Positions 31,890 through 42,840 of a stretch of DNA of 64,000 nt are shown here, one piece after another. How positions within the stretch are numbered: position 1 is the first letter of the stretch; every line of letters starts with the position of its first letter. This DNA comes from an uncultured delta proteobacterium (lineage in GTDB: Bacteria > Desulfobacterota > Desulfuromonadia > Desulfuromonadales > JACZKF01). The position numbers and the translations under genes were made by a program. Under the pieces are notes generated by a model. It saw only the letters and a list, made by a program, of their open reading frames with translations. It was not told the DNA's origin and did not search any database. Where the stretch lies: the NCBI GenBank assembly GCA_963816395.1, contig CAWFKQ010000015.1, positions 20,322 to 84,321 of the forward strand, read 5' to 3'.

Positions 31890-32273
31890 CTAATGCCTGG
31901 TGCGCGACTCGAACAGGGGTGCGAAATCCTTCGGCAGCTGCGAGCGAACATCCTTGATCTCGCCGGCCGTGACTGAATCGCAGAGGACGGAGATTACCGC
32001 CCGCGCATGCTTGGCCGCCTGATCCGCGCCGATCCCTTCTTCCTCGCCGATCCGTTCGAAAAACTCCTCGACGTCGAACTTCCTGCTGATCCCGGATTCC
32101 AGAAGATAGGGCTGTAATTCCTGGGGCAACTGGGCGGCCAGATCGTTCCGCTCGCCGCCGAACAGGCGCTCGCCAAGCACCGACAAGGTGGCGTGGGTAG
32201 CGTTGATTGCCTGATCACGAGAGGGGATGCCGGCACGATCCATGACCTGCTTGATGAATTCGTCGGCTTTCAT
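31890..32273 (-). CDS. DUF2267 family protein
   Basis: ATLSVLGERL, LAAQLPQEL, ARAVISVL and VRSQLPKDF. Confidence 0.85.
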   Translation of the reverse strand: MKADEFIKQVMDRAGIPSRDQAINATHATLSVLGERLFGGERNDLAAQLPQELQPYLLESGISRKFDVEEFFERIGEEEGIGADQAAKHARAVISVLCDSVTAGEIKDVRSQLPKDFAPLFESRTRH

Positions 32274-32483
32274 GGCGTACTCCTTTAATCTCTCCAGATC
32301 CGGCCGGCCCCGTTCAGGGGCAGCACGGGCCGGAATTTCTAAAAAGTTCCGGAGTTTACCTTTGCTTACCCGTTATTCATCTTTTAACACAGGTGACCGC
32401 GAAGGCAAGTCGATCTGCCGAAGGGAAGTTGCTTCCCGCGCCCGAGCGGGCCGATTCAGCAGCATTTGATCCTGCTTTTCCCT

Positions 32484-33420
32484 CTAGCCGCTAGCCGTGA
32501 TTTTCCCGAACAGCTTCTCCACATCCTCCTTCCGGCAGAGCTCGGTCCCCGGGGTCAGGACGGCGGCGGTGCCGGCCGCCAGCCCGTAGCGGAACGCCTC
32601 CTCCAGAGGGCGGTCATTGGCCAGGGCAAAGGTCATGGCGCCGAGAAAACTGTCGCCGGCGCCGACCGCGCTCACCACTTCCACCTCGGGCGGCCGCAGG
32701 CGCTGCTGCCGGTCCCGGGTGGTCAGCAGCGCCCCTCTGGCCCCGAGGGTCAGGGCGATCGCCTCACACTTCTTCTGCGCCACCAGTTCGGCACAGGCCG
32801 CTTCTTCGGCGGCCGGCTCGGCCAGCTCGCGTGCCGGTCGCCTCCTCCAGCTCATGCCGGTTTGGCTTGATCAGGAAGATCCCCTCGGCCATGGCGGCCC
32901 GCAGCGGCTGGCCGGAAGTGTCGAGAATAAAGCGGGCGCCGACCCTTTTCGCCACCTTCGCGGCCCGGGCATAGAAATCCACCGGGACGCCCGGGGGAAG
33001 ACTGCCGCTGGCGACGATGTAGGCCGGCATGGGAGTGAATAACCCGAGCATATCCAGGCACTGCTGCCACTCCCCGCGGCGGATTGTCGGTCCCGGGAAG
33101 ACGAAGCGGAACTGCCGGCCGGCGGCAGTCTCGGTGATGGTGAAGCTCTCCCGCGTCAGCTTTTCGATTTCGATCCGCCGGCCCTCGATCTTTTCCCGCC
33201 GCACCATCTTGTGCAGCAGCTGACCGGTGGCGCCGCCGGCGATGTAAAGAGCCATGGCGGTGCCGCCCAGGCGATGGATCACCCGGGCGACGTTGATGCC
33301 GCCGCCTCCCGGATCGCGGTTCGGCTCCTCGCAGCGCAGCTTGCGCCTGGGGACAACCTCCTCCAGCGTGGACGAGACATCGATGGTCGGATTCATGGTC
33401 AAGGTGGCAACGGGTTTCAT
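32484..33420 (-). CDS. pfkB: PfkB/1-phosphofructokinase-family hexose kinase (frameshift near 32835)
   Basis: TLTMNPTID, GGGGINVAR, SGSLPPG, IKPN..EL and SAVGAGDSF. Confidence 0.88.
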
Positions 33421-33478
33421 CGTTCAAGTCCAATCAAGTCAAGGTTGGCGGCCCAAAGCCCCAAGGTTTGCAGATCAA

Positions 33479-33568
33479 GGTGCGCGGTACGCGGTATGCG
33501 GTTCGCGGTAAATCCAACCCTTCCTTCTTCTCGCGGGCCGCGGGCCGCGAGCCGCGGCCCTCGCACCG
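33479..33568. repeat. Paired heptamer tandem arrays (GCGGTAC-like ... CCGCG[G/A]G-like)
   Basis: GGTGCGCGGTACGCGGTATGCGGTTCGCGGTA and CGCGGGCCGCGGGCCGCGAGCCGCGGCCCTCGCACC. Confidence 0.65.
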
Positions 33569-33578
33569 GCCCCTGTCC

Positions 33579-35744
33579 CTACTTCACCACCACCACCTCC
33601 ACCGCTCCTTCGCGGCGCAGGACGTTGATCGCCACGTCATTGGCGTAGCGGCGGAACGACAGGTCCAGGCTGGCTCCGCCCACCCGCAGCTGGCGGATCC
33701 ATACTTCCTCAAGGAAGGAGGGGAGGGCGGGATAGCGGAACTGGACCAGCTTCTGGCGGGCATCGATGTGCAGCCCCAGGCAGGCCTGCAGGAGGAGGAA
33801 GACGGCGCCGGAGGCCCAGGCCTGGGGGGCACAGGAGAGGGGATAGAGGATCGGGCCGAGGCCGGGACGCCAGCGGAAACCGCAGAACAGCTCGGGCAGG
33901 CGGTGCAGGTCCATGGCGATGGAGGTCTGGAACAGCCCTTCCATCACCCGCAGGGCCTGGCCGGTCAGGCCGTAGCGGGCCAGGCCGAAGGCGATCAGGG
34001 CATTGTCGTGCGGCCAGATCGAACCGTTGTGGTAGGCCATCGGATTGTAACGCACTTCGCCGGATGCCAGGGTGCGGATGCCCCAGCCGGAGAAGAGCGC
34101 TTCGGAGAGCAGGGTGTCGGCCAGGCGCCGGGCGTGCTCGCGCGAGCTGATCCCGGAGAAGAGGCAGTGGCCGGGGTTGGAGGTCCGCACCCGGCAGGGG
34201 CGCTTGTGGCCGTCGAGGGCCAGGGCGTAGCTGCCCAGTTCCTCGCACCAGAAATCCTTGGCGAAGCGCTCGCGCAGCGTCGCCGCCTTCTGGCGCAGCT
34301 CGCCGGCCAGGGCCGTCTCCCCCAGGGCCTCGGCCAGCATCGCCGCCCGCCCTCTGGCGTCATAGGCATAGCCCTGCACCTCGCACAGGGCAATCGGCCC
34401 TTCCGCCAGGGTGCCGTCGGCATGGAAAACCGAATCCGAGGAGTCCTTCCACCCCTGCTGCACCAGCCCCTTGGAGGAGTGGCGGGCGTATTCCAGGTAG
34501 CCGTCGCCGTCGGCGTCGCCGTGATGGTCCATCCATTCCAGGGCGCGGCGGACGTTCGGCCAGATCGATTCGACAAAGGCCTGGTCGCCGGTGCGCTCAA
34601 AGTAGGCTCCGGCCAGACAGACGAACAGCGGGGTGACATCGACGCTGCCGTAATAACGGCCGAAGGGGATCTCGCCGAGGGCGGCCATTTCCCCCCGGCG
34701 GGTCTCGTGCAGGATTTTCCCCGGTTCCGCATCCTGCTCCTCGTTGACCTCCGCCGCCTGGTTGTGGGCGAGAAAGGAAAGCACCCCCCGGGCCACCTGC
34801 GGGTTGACCCAGAGCAGCTCGAAGGCGGTGATGATGCCATCGCGGCCGAAGGCGGTGCTGAACCAGGGAACCCCGGCATACGGGTAAAGTCCCTGCGGGG
34901 TGCGGGTGAGCATCATCTGCAGGTCGGCCATGGAGCGGTTCACCCAGACATTGAACTGCTCATTGCCGGAGGCGATCAGGCAGTTCTGCGCGCGCAGCGC
35001 CTCCAGTTCCCTTTTTGCCTCGGCGAAGGCGCTCTTGTAGGAGCCCGTGGCCGGTTCGCATTCTTCGCATTCGCAGCTGGTGGTGATGCTGATGCGGGTT
35101 TCCTCGTCCGGCTCCAGGCACAGCCGGTAACGCACCCGCGAGGCGGCGACCTCCACCGGCTCCGGCGAGAAGGCGAGGCGGGTGCGACGAACCTTCCCGT
35201 CCAGCCCCTGGTAGGAGAGAACGACGGCGGCGGCGGTGACGGCGTCCTCCAGTCGTCGCCCCCTCTCCTTGCGCTTGGTGCCCCGGACCTCGAAGATATC
35301 GGCGTAATCGGCATCGAAACTGATGATCAGCGGGACGCAGACTTGGTGCAGGCTGAAATTGGTGATCCGCAGCTGTTCGAAGCAGCTCCCCTGCCAGAGG
35401 AACTTGGAACGGAAGATGTGGATCGAATCGCGATGCACCTGATTGCCGTCCTCATCCTCCAGATCGGGGTTCATCAGGTCGACCGCCAGCAGCTCGTTGT
35501 GCTCGTTGACGTTGGAGCCGAGCAGCAGCGGGCGCGAAGAGCCGAGACGCAGCTCCAGGCTGGAAAGATAGCGGGTCCCCTCGTGATAGATCCCCTCTTC
35601 GCCAACCCCCAGGGTGAGGATGTCGCCGCGCACATCGAAGACGGCGAAAGTCTCCCCCTGTTTCAACACCCGGCTGAGGTCGGAAGCGAGGGACGAGGTA
35701 GCCAGGATGTAATACTGATCGTTGACTTCGATGACTTCCTGCAT
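33579..35744 (-). CDS. Amylo-alpha-1,6-glucosidase (glycogen debranching N-terminal domain type)
   Basis: AGVPWFSTAFGRD, EPGKILHE, YYGSVD.TPLF, QGWKDS, YHNGSIWPHDN and PQAWAS. Confidence 0.93.
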   Translation of the reverse strand: MQEVIEVNDQYYILATSSLASDLSRVLKQGETFAVFDVRGDILTLGVGEEGIYHEGTRYLSSLELRLGSSRPLLLGSNVNEHNELLAVDLMNPDLEDEDGNQVHRDSIHIFRSKFLWQGSCFEQLRITNFSLHQVCVPLIISFDADYADIFEVRGTKRKERGRRLEDAVTAAAVVLSYQGLDGKVRRTRLAFSPEPVEVAASRVRYRLCLEPDEETRISITTSCECEECEPATGSYKSAFAEAKRELEALRAQNCLIASGNEQFNVWVNRSMADLQMMLTRTPQGLYPYAGVPWFSTAFGRDGIITAFELLWVNPQVARGVLSFLAHNQAAEVNEEQDAEPGKILHETRRGEMAALGEIPFGRYYGSVDVTPLFVCLAGAYFERTGDQAFVESIWPNVRRALEWMDHHGDADGDGYLEYARHSSKGLVQQGWKDSSDSVFHADGTLAEGPIALCEVQGYAYDARGRAAMLAEALGETALAGELRQKAATLRERFAKDFWCEELGSYALALDGHKRPCRVRTSNPGHCLFSGISSREHARRLADTLLSEALFSGWGIRTLASGEVRYNPMAYHNGSIWPHDNALIAFGLARYGLTGQALRVMEGLFQTSIAMDLHRLPELFCGFRWRPGLGPILYPLSCAPQAWASGAVFLLLQACLGLHIDARQKLVQFRYPALPSFLEEVWIRQLRVGGASLDLSFRRYANDVAINVLRREGAVEVVVVK

Positions 35745-35763
35745 CGACGCTCTCCCTTCAGCC

Positions 35764-35909
35764 AGGCTGATGAAAAACGCCCATCTGCGGCGTTGCCCTC
35801 ATCCTTCGTCAACGACGTACCTTCGGTACGCCTTATTCCTCAGGATCTCAGGCGCCTTGCATCTGGGCATTTTTGCTCAGCCTGAGGAAATCGACTTTTT
35901 CAAAAACCT
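35764..35909 (+). mobile_element. MITE-like dispersed repeat, family A, copy 2
   Basis: AGGCTGATGAAAAACGCCCATCTGCGGCGTTGCCCTCATCC...GCTCAGCCT...TTTTTCAAAAACCT. Confidence 0.85.
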
Positions 35910-35915
35910 GCGGAC

Positions 35916-36977
35916 TCAGTTGGCCACCAGCTTGGCCGGCCGTCCGCCGGCGGAGCCGAGCAGGCGCTGGTAAACCGCCAGGTAATCCTCGGCCATGCGG
36001 CGGGCGGTAAAGTGCTCTTCGAAGTACCGGCGGCAGACCCGCCCGGCTCAGGTGCGCCAGCCGGGATACCGCCTGCACCGCCCCTTCCACGTCATCGACG
36101 ATGAAACCGGAGACCCCGTCCCGCATCACTTCCGGCACGGAGCCGCGGCGCCAGGCGATCACCGGCGTGCCGCAGGCCATCGCCTCGATCATCACCAGGC
36201 CGAACGGCTCTTCCCAGTCGATGGGGAAGAGCAGGGCCATGGCCCGGCCGAGGAATTCGGCCTTGTCGCGATCGCCGATCTCTCCGAGATAGTCTACCAG
36301 AGGATTGTCGAGCAGGGGGCGGATGGCCGTCTCGAAATACTCGCGGTCCACCTTGTCCACCTTGGCGGCGATCTTCAACGGCAGGTGGCTCCGAATGGCG
36401 ATCTCGATCGCCCGGTCGAGGCGCTTTTCCGGCGAGATGCGGCCGAGAAAGGCCAGGTAGCTGCCGGGTTCGGGATGGAAAGTGAGGAGATGGTCCGGCA
36501 GCCCGTGATGAACGGTGCCCACCCAGTTGGCCCAGGGCAGGGGTTCGGTCTGGGCCCGGGAGATCGAGACCACCGGCATCTCCCGGTATTCCTGATAGAG
36601 CGGCACCAGGTCGGGCAGGTCCAGGCGGCCGTGCAGGGTGGTGAGGTGGGGAAAGCCGTGGCGCCGTGAAAGGGGGAAGTGCAGATAGTCGACATGGAAG
36701 TGCAGGATGTCGAACTCGCCGGCCGAGGCGAAAGGCCTTCTCCAGCAGGAGAAGATGATGGGCCAGCTGGTCGCGGCAACGATCATCGAGACGCAGCGCC
36801 CGGGCGCCCTGGGCAGCAGAGGCGCGCCCGGGTGACCGAGTCCCCGCTGGCGAACAGGGTCACTTCATGGCCCAGGGCGACCAGCTCCTCGGTCAGGTAG
36901 GAAACGACACGCTCGGTGCCGCCGTAGAACTTAGGCGGAACGCTTTCGAAAAGGGGCGCAATCTGGGCGATCTTCAT
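35916..36977 (-). CDS. Glycosyltransferase family 4 (frameshifts near 36800-36740 and 36040)
   Basis: MKIAQIAPLFESVPPKFYGGTERVV, GRISPEK and EPFGLVMIEAMACGTPV. Confidence 0.9.
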
Positions 36978-37367
36978 GGCCGTTCACCCTTTCCAATCCC
37001 GGCGGTCGGGCCGGCCGGGCACTGGGAGAACGATCAGGTGTGTGCAGCGGTCATTTGGCATCTGATAACCTCCACTGGCGCAATAATGGCTTCAGCTTAC
37101 CGCGCGCAGGAACAAATTCAAGAACCGTAATTATAATGAAAACCTCGCATAAACAGATACATAGAGGTATTTTTGTCGACGATGCTTGACAAATATAACC
37201 GACGCAGTTATAAATACAGTCAAGACGAAACTCCTTTTGCCTCCTTTTTGGCGCATCTGTTCTACCTCCTGACAGATGCGCCTTTCTTTTGCCCGCCGCC
37301 CGCTCCTCCCATAAAGAAAATGAATATCAGTTTTCAATTTTTTCTTGACCGCGCCCAGTCGTCTGCT

Positions 37368-37425
37368 TATATTGACTTCTGTTTTCATTTTCATATTTAC
37401 ATGAAAGTCCGATTCCTCAATAAAA
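37368..37425 (+). promoter_or_regulatory. AT-rich feo promoter with possible Fur-type boxes
   Basis: ATTGACTTCTGTTTTCATT and ATGAAAGTCCGATTCCTCAAT resemble TGA-N-TCA iron boxes upstream of feoA; the match is loose. Confidence 0.4.
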
Positions 37426-37432
37426 AAGGAGA

Positions 37433-37768
37433 ATGCAGGGCATGTTACCGCTCGGATTGCTGAGCCCCGGCGAGAACGGGGAAATCATCGAGGTCAGAAC
37501 CCGCCACTGCCATGCTGACGGCCAATGCCAATGCGGAGAGTCGCGCAAGAGCGATTTCCGGATCGAGGACATGGGGCTGCGGATCGGCAGGACGGTGGAA
37601 ATGCTCAACAACGGCAGCCCGATCCTGCTCAGGGTAGGCGAATCGCGGATCGCCGTCGACCGCGGACTGGCGATGAAGATCATGGTGCGCCAGTGGGACG
37701 TGATGAAGGCGCACGCGCGCGGCGATGCACGTGACCAGCATTTCAGCGACGACGTGATGACGCACTAA
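37433..37768 (+). CDS. feoA: FeoA-family protein with Cys/His insert
   Basis: [26 protein letters not shown] and [13 protein letters not shown]. Confidence 0.88.
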   Translation: MQGMLPLGLLSPGENGEIIEVRTRHCHADGQCQCGESRKSDFRIEDMGLRIGRTVEMLNNGSPILLRVGESRIAVDRGLAMKIMVRQWDVMKAHARGDARDQHFSDDVMTH

Positions 37769-37849
37769 TACAGAATTCCAAGCCTAAGCCTTGCTACTCT
37801 CGCTTCTTGCTAGCCACAGCTGATTCACAGGAAGTGATGGAGGTAAGAG

Positions 37850-38077
37850 ATGAATCTGGCGAAGCTCAAACCCGGGGAAAAGGGGAAAATTACATCCATC
37901 GGCGCGATCGGCCCGCTGAAAAGAAGGCTGATGGACATGGGGATCCTGGTGGGGGAAGAGGTCAAGGTGGTGAAGGTCGCCCCGCTGGGGGATCCCATCG
38001 AGGTGACCGTCAAGAGCTATCAGCTCTCGCTGCGCAAGAGGGAAGCCGAAGGAATCGCCGTGGAGGTGCTGCAATGA
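37850..38077 (+). CDS. feoA: FeoA-family protein
   Basis: [20 protein letters not shown] and LSLRKREA. Confidence 0.95.
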   Translation: MNLAKLKPGEKGKITSIGAIGPLKRRLMDMGILVGEEVKVVKVAPLGDPIEVTVKSYQLSLRKREAEGIAVEVLQ

Positions 38078-40317
38078 GTGCCGAGCTGAAGAGGCGGCAG
38101 GCGGAAGAAGCGAGGCCCGGCAAGCCGGCGCTGCAGCCGGTGGAGAAACGGGTCATCACCGTGGCGGTGGCCGGCAACCCCAACGCCGGCAAGTCGACCC
38201 TGATCAACGCCATCGCCGGTTCCCGCCTCCACGTCGGCAACTGGCCGGGGGTGACGGTGGAAAAGAAGGAGGCGCAGTTTGAGTTCGAGGGGCGCCGAAT
38301 CCGCCTGGTCGATCTCCCCGGCACCTACTCCCTCTCCCCCTACACCCAGGAGGAGATCATCGCCCGCGACTACCTGGTCCATGCCAAGCCGGACCTGGTG
38401 ATCAACGTGGTCGACGCCACCAACCTGGAGCGCAACCTCTATCTCACCATGCAGCTGCTGGAACTGGGGCTGCCGGTGGTTATGGCCCTCAACATCTTCG
38501 ACGAGGCCGAGGCCAAGGGATACCGGATCGATCTCAAGGGGATCGAGAAGATGCTTGGGGTCACCGTGGTGCCGACGGCGGCGACCAAGAAACCGGGGGA
38601 CCAAGGAGCTGCTCGAAGCGGCGCTGCGCGACGCAGGCGATCCCGCCTCCCACCGGCCGAAGGAGCTCAGCTACGGCGAGGATATCGAGAAGGCGATCGA
38701 GAGCGTCTCGGCGGTCCTCAGGGAAAAGCCACCCGGTGCCGGCCGGCAACTACCCTCTGCGCTGGCTGGCCTGCAAGCTTGTGGAGGGGGACGCCGAGGT
38801 CGCGAAGGAGGTGAACATCGGCCCCGGCGATCTGGCGTCCGAGCCGCTCAGCCACCTGCGAGGCGCCCACGACGGGGATATCGAGTCGCTGATGGCGGAT
38901 GCCCGCTACGGGCTCGCCACCGGGCTGACCCGGGAGGTGCTGCAGAAGCCCGACGCTGCGCAAGGTGGAAATGACCGAGAAGATCGACCGCATCGTCCTC
39001 AACCGCTTCCTCGGCATTCCCATCTTCCTGGCCGCCATGTGGCTCGTCTTCAAGCTCACCTTCGACATCTCGGCCCCCTTCGGCGACTGGATCGACAGCA
39101 TGGCCAACGGCCCCTTCAAGCACTGGGCGACGGCGCTGCTCGGGGCGCTGTACGCTCCGGCCTGGACGGTATCGCTGGTCAACGACGGCATCATCGCCGG
39201 GGTCGGCTTCGTCCTGGTCTTCGTCCCGGTCATTTTCGCCATGATGTTCTTCATCACCTTCCTCGAGGGGAGCGGCTACATGGCGCGGGCGGCCTTCGTC
39301 ATGGACCGGGCCATGCACGCCATCGGTCTGCACGGCAAGTCTTTCATCCCCATGCTCCTGGGTTTCGGCTGCAACGTCCCGGGGATCTACGCCACCCGCA
39401 CCCTGGAGAATCCCCGCGACAAGGCGCTCACCGCCCTGCTCATCCCGCTCATGTCCTGCGGGGCGCGCCTGCCGGTCTACGTCCTGTTCGTCGGGGTCTT
39501 CTTCGCCCGGCATGCCGGCACCGTCATCTGGTCCCTCTATGTCCTCGGCATGCTGCTGGCCATCGGTATGGGACTGCTCTTCAAAAAGACCTTCTTTCGC
39601 GGCGAAGCGCCGATGTTCATCATGGAGCTCCCCCCCTACCGGCTGCCCTCCTTCAAGAGCCTGTGTCTGCACACCTGGGAGAAGGGCAAGCACTTCCTGG
39701 TCAAGGCCGGGACCTACATCCTCGCCGTCTCGATCCTCGTCTGGTTCCTGATCAATCTCCCCTGGGGGGTGCAGAACCGGCACGACTCCTACCTGGGCCA
39801 GGCCGGCCAGGCCATCGCGCCGGTCTTCGAACCGCTCGGCTTCGGCACCTGGGAGGCCGCCTCCTCGCTGATCACCGGGGTGATCGCCAAGGAGATCGTG
39901 GTCGGCACCATGGGCGAGATCTACGCCCCGCAGAGCGGTGCGGAGCCCGACCAGGCTCCCGCCCCATCCCTCGGCGCCGACCTGCAGGAGATCGGCACCT
40001 CCTTCGTCGGCGCGGTGAAGGAGTCCGCCGCCAACGTGACCTCCACCTTCGGCATCGCCAGCCTCTCCTTCGGTGGCGAAGAGGGGAGTTCTTCCCTGAC
40101 GGCGGCGGTCCGGCAGAACTTCACCCCCCTGACCGCCTTCGCCTTCATGGTCTTCGTCCTGCTCTACATGCCCTGCATGGTGGTCGCCATCGCCATGCGC
40201 CAGGAGTTCGGTTCCTGGAAGTGGGTCGGGGTGTCTTTTCTCTACCAGACGGCGCTGGCCTGGAGCATGGCATTGATCGTTTACCAGGGGGGATGCCTCC
40301 TGGGATTGGGAGGTTGA
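38074..40317 (+). CDS. feoB: Ferrous iron transporter FeoB (frameshifts near 38595, 38735 and 38955)
   Basis: [55 protein letters not shown] and LYMPC. Confidence 0.95.
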
Positions 40318-40318
40318 G

Positions 40319-40444
40319 ATGGGCGTTGCGGATATTCTCTGGATGGCGTTTTTCCTCGGCGGGGCCGGCTATCTTTTCTACCGCTCCTTCTGGAAGAAAA
40401 AGGGGGGCTGCCATGGCTGCAGCGGCGGCTGCCCGAAGCACTGA
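40319..40444 (+). CDS. FeoB-associated Cys-rich membrane protein (41 aa; not in ORF track)
   Basis: MGVADILWMAFFLGGAGYLFYRSFWKKKGGCHGCSGGCPKH*; RBS GGAGG. Confidence 0.85.
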   Translation: MGVADILWMAFFLGGAGYLFYRSFWKKKGGCHGCSGGCPKH

Positions 40445-40512
40445 GCCGGCGCGGCCGAAAGGAGAGCATGACGTGATAAGTATTCGAGATCTACGCTTAA
40501 ATGGTTGAATGC

Positions 40513-41736
40513 ATGAAAATCAAGATGCTTTGTTGTGGTTTGTGTTGTGGCCTTTTCCTTGCTTTTTCGGCGGTGGCCGCCTGCGCCGACGAGGATCATC
40601 TGCTCGGCGACTGGGGCGGGATTCGAACTGCCCTGGAGCAAAAAGGGGTGGACGTCGAGGCGGTGCTGACCCTCGATGCGATGCAGAACCTGCACGGCGG
40701 CGCCAGAAGAGACGGCACCGTGCTGGGAAATTTCGACCTGACCTTCACGGTGGATACCGCCAGGGCCGGTTGGTGGGAGAACGGAACTTTTTTTCTCTAT
40801 CTGCTCGACAACTTCAACGCCGGGGGAATGCTGACCGATATCGTCGGGGATACCCAGGGGACGAGCAATATCCAGGCGCCGCCGGCCCTCAAGATCTACG
40901 AGGCCTGGTATGAGCACCGGTTTTTCGACGGCCGGCTTTCGCTGCTGGCCGGCCTGCACGACTTCAACAGCGAATTCGATGTGCTCGAATACGCTTCGAC
41001 CTTCATCAACAGCTCTTTCGGCATCTCTCCCGACATTTCGCAGGTCGGGCCGTCGATCTTTCCCACCACCGCCTGGGCGCTGCGGGCGAGGGTGCAGCCG
41101 ACGCGGAGCAGCTACCTGCTGGCGGCGGTTTACGACGGAATGCCGGGGGATCCCGGGCTGCCGCATGGTTCCCTGGGCTGGTCAAAGCAGGAGGGGGTCT
41201 TCGCGGCGCTGGAGGGGGGACTGAGCAGCGGCGAGGCCGGCGACGCCGATTATTTCAAACTCGGGGCGGGCGCCTGGCTTCATACCGCCAGGGTGGAGGA
41301 TTTCTCCGGCCAACCTCACGACTCCAACCACGGCATCTACCTGATTGCCGAAAAGACGCTCTTCAGCGAGGGGGATGATGGTCAGGGGCTGGGTGCCTTC
41401 CTCCAGTTCGGCCTGGCCGACCCGCACCGCAACCAGATCGGCAGCTACTGGGGCGCCGGGCTGCACTATACGGGACTGCTCCCCGGCCGCGGTCACGATG
41501 TGGCCGGCCTGGCGGTGGCCAGCGCCCGCAACAGCGACCACTACATCCGCTATATGGAAGCCGCCGCGGGGACCACCGTCGCGCGCGCCGAAACGGTGGT
41601 CGAAGCGACCTACCAGGCCGAGGTCCGGCCCTGGCTGACCATTCAGCCCGACGTGCAGTACATCATCAATCCAGGGACCGATCCCGCCCGGAAAAACGCC
41701 CTGGTGGTCGGCGCCCGCCTGGAGGTTTCCTTCTGA
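40513..41736 (+). CDS. OprB-family (carbohydrate-selective) porin
   Basis: LLGDWGGIRTAL, QGTSNI, YEAWYE, FINSSFG and IQPDVQYIINPG; terminal Phe. Confidence 0.9.
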   Translation: MKIKMLCCGLCCGLFLAFSAVAACADEDHLLGDWGGIRTALEQKGVDVEAVLTLDAMQNLHGGARRDGTVLGNFDLTFTVDTARAGWWENGTFFLYLLDNFNAGGMLTDIVGDTQGTSNIQAPPALKIYEAWYEHRFFDGRLSLLAGLHDFNSEFDVLEYASTFINSSFGISPDISQVGPSIFPTTAWALRARVQPTRSSYLLAAVYDGMPGDPGLPHGSLGWSKQEGVFAALEGGLSSGEAGDADYFKLGAGAWLHTARVEDFSGQPHDSNHGIYLIAEKTLFSEGDDGQGLGAFLQFGLADPHRNQIGSYWGAGLHYTGLLPGRGHDVAGLAVASARNSDHYIRYMEAAAGTTVARAETVVEATYQAEVRPWLTIQPDVQYIINPGTDPARKNALVVGARLEVSF

Positions 41737-41835
41737 AAGGGGCGGCTAGTGCGGGCTCCGCCGCCCTGTCCATTTCCGAAATCGGCATTCCGGCACGAAC
41801 TTCCGGGGTTTCGTACATAGATGAGTTTAATTAGC

Positions 41836-41922
41836 TTGACTGAGAAAAAAATGCATGATAATTTTCCGCCCAATTGATGTTATTGGGACGCACTTCCCCC
41901 TCCTGTGCGTCCCGTTTTTTTT
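41836..41922 (+). ncRNA. Candidate ~50-nt small RNA or attenuator (promoter, hairpin, poly-U)
   Basis: TTGACT-17 nt-TAATTT with extended TG; perfect 9-bp stem GGGACGCAC/GTGCGTCCC, loop TTCCCCCTCCT, then a T run. Confidence 0.5.
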
Positions 41923-41970
41923 GCCCGCCGCGCTCTCCTCATCCCCCTTGATTTACGCTAAGATTAAAAA

Positions 41971-42840
41971 ATGAACCGTCTCGTTGATCTGCACCTGCAC
42001 AGCACCTGCTCCGACGGGGTTCATCCGCCGGCGGAGATCGTTCGCCTGGCCGCCCGGGCCGGGCTGGCAGCTATCGCCCTCTGCGACCACGACAACATCG
42101 ACGGCATCGAGGCGGCGATGGCCGCTGGCCGCGAGCAGGGAGTGGAGGTCATCGCGGGGGTCGAGCTGTCGGTCATCTGGGAAAACATCGAGGATGTTCA
42201 CCTGCTCGGCTACGGTTTCGACCATCACCATGGCGAACTGCAGCGGGCCCTCGGCGAATTCCGGGAATTCCGCGCCAGGCGCAACGAGATGATCCTGGCC
42301 CGGGTCAACGGGAGACTGCAGGAGGAAGGGAAGACGCCGATTCCCCTGGACGATATTCTGGCCAAAGCGGGCGGTACCCTCGGCCGTCCGCATATCGCCA
42401 TGGCCCTGATCGAGCGGCGTTACGTGCGCAACAGCGAGGAAGCTTTCCAGCGCTACCTGGTGCCCTGCAACGTCGCCAAACGCTACTTCCCCGTCGCCGA
42501 AGCGATCGACCTGGTACACCGGGCCGGCGGCATCACCGTCCTTGCCCACCCCCCGTTCATCACCCGCGACCGGCAGCTGTTCCTGCGCCTGCTCGATGCC
42601 CTGGCGGGCCTTGGCTTGGAGGGGGTCGAAGCCTGGAACAGCGGGGCGACCAACGAGGAAATCGACTGGCATCTCACCCAGGCCAGGCGGCGGTCACTGA
42701 TTGTCACCGGCGGATCCGACTACCACGGCATCGAGGGAGGGGATATCGTCATCGGCGGCGGCCGGGGGAATCTGAAGATCCCCTATTCCTGCCTGGAGGA
42801 GATTCGGCAGGCGCTGGCTGCACGGACGGGGGAGAGGTGA
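41971..42840 (+). CDS. PHP-domain phosphoesterase (TrpH/YciV-like)
   Basis: DLHLHSTCSDG, CDHD, GRPHIA, LAHP and TGGSDYHG. Confidence 0.93.
   Translation: MNRLVDLHLHSTCSDGVHPPAEIVRLAARAGLAAIALCDHDNIDGIEAAMAAGREQGVEVIAGVELSVIWENIEDVHLLGYGFDHHHGELQRALGEFREFRARRNEMILARVNGRLQEEGKTPIPLDDILAKAGGTLGRPHIAMALIERRYVRNSEEAFQRYLVPCNVAKRYFPVAEAIDLVHRAGGITVLAHPPFITRDRQLFLRLLDALAGLGLEGVEAWNSGATNEEIDWHLTQARRRSLIVTGGSDYHGIEGGDIVIGGGRGNLKIPYSCLEEIRQALAARTGER

Noticed and set aside
24131..35885. Long opposite-strand ORFs (e.g. 24131..26491, 26488..28368, 33468..35885)
   Set aside because: Antisense shadows of GC-rich genes; no motifs of their own apart from the vapC fragment reported separately.
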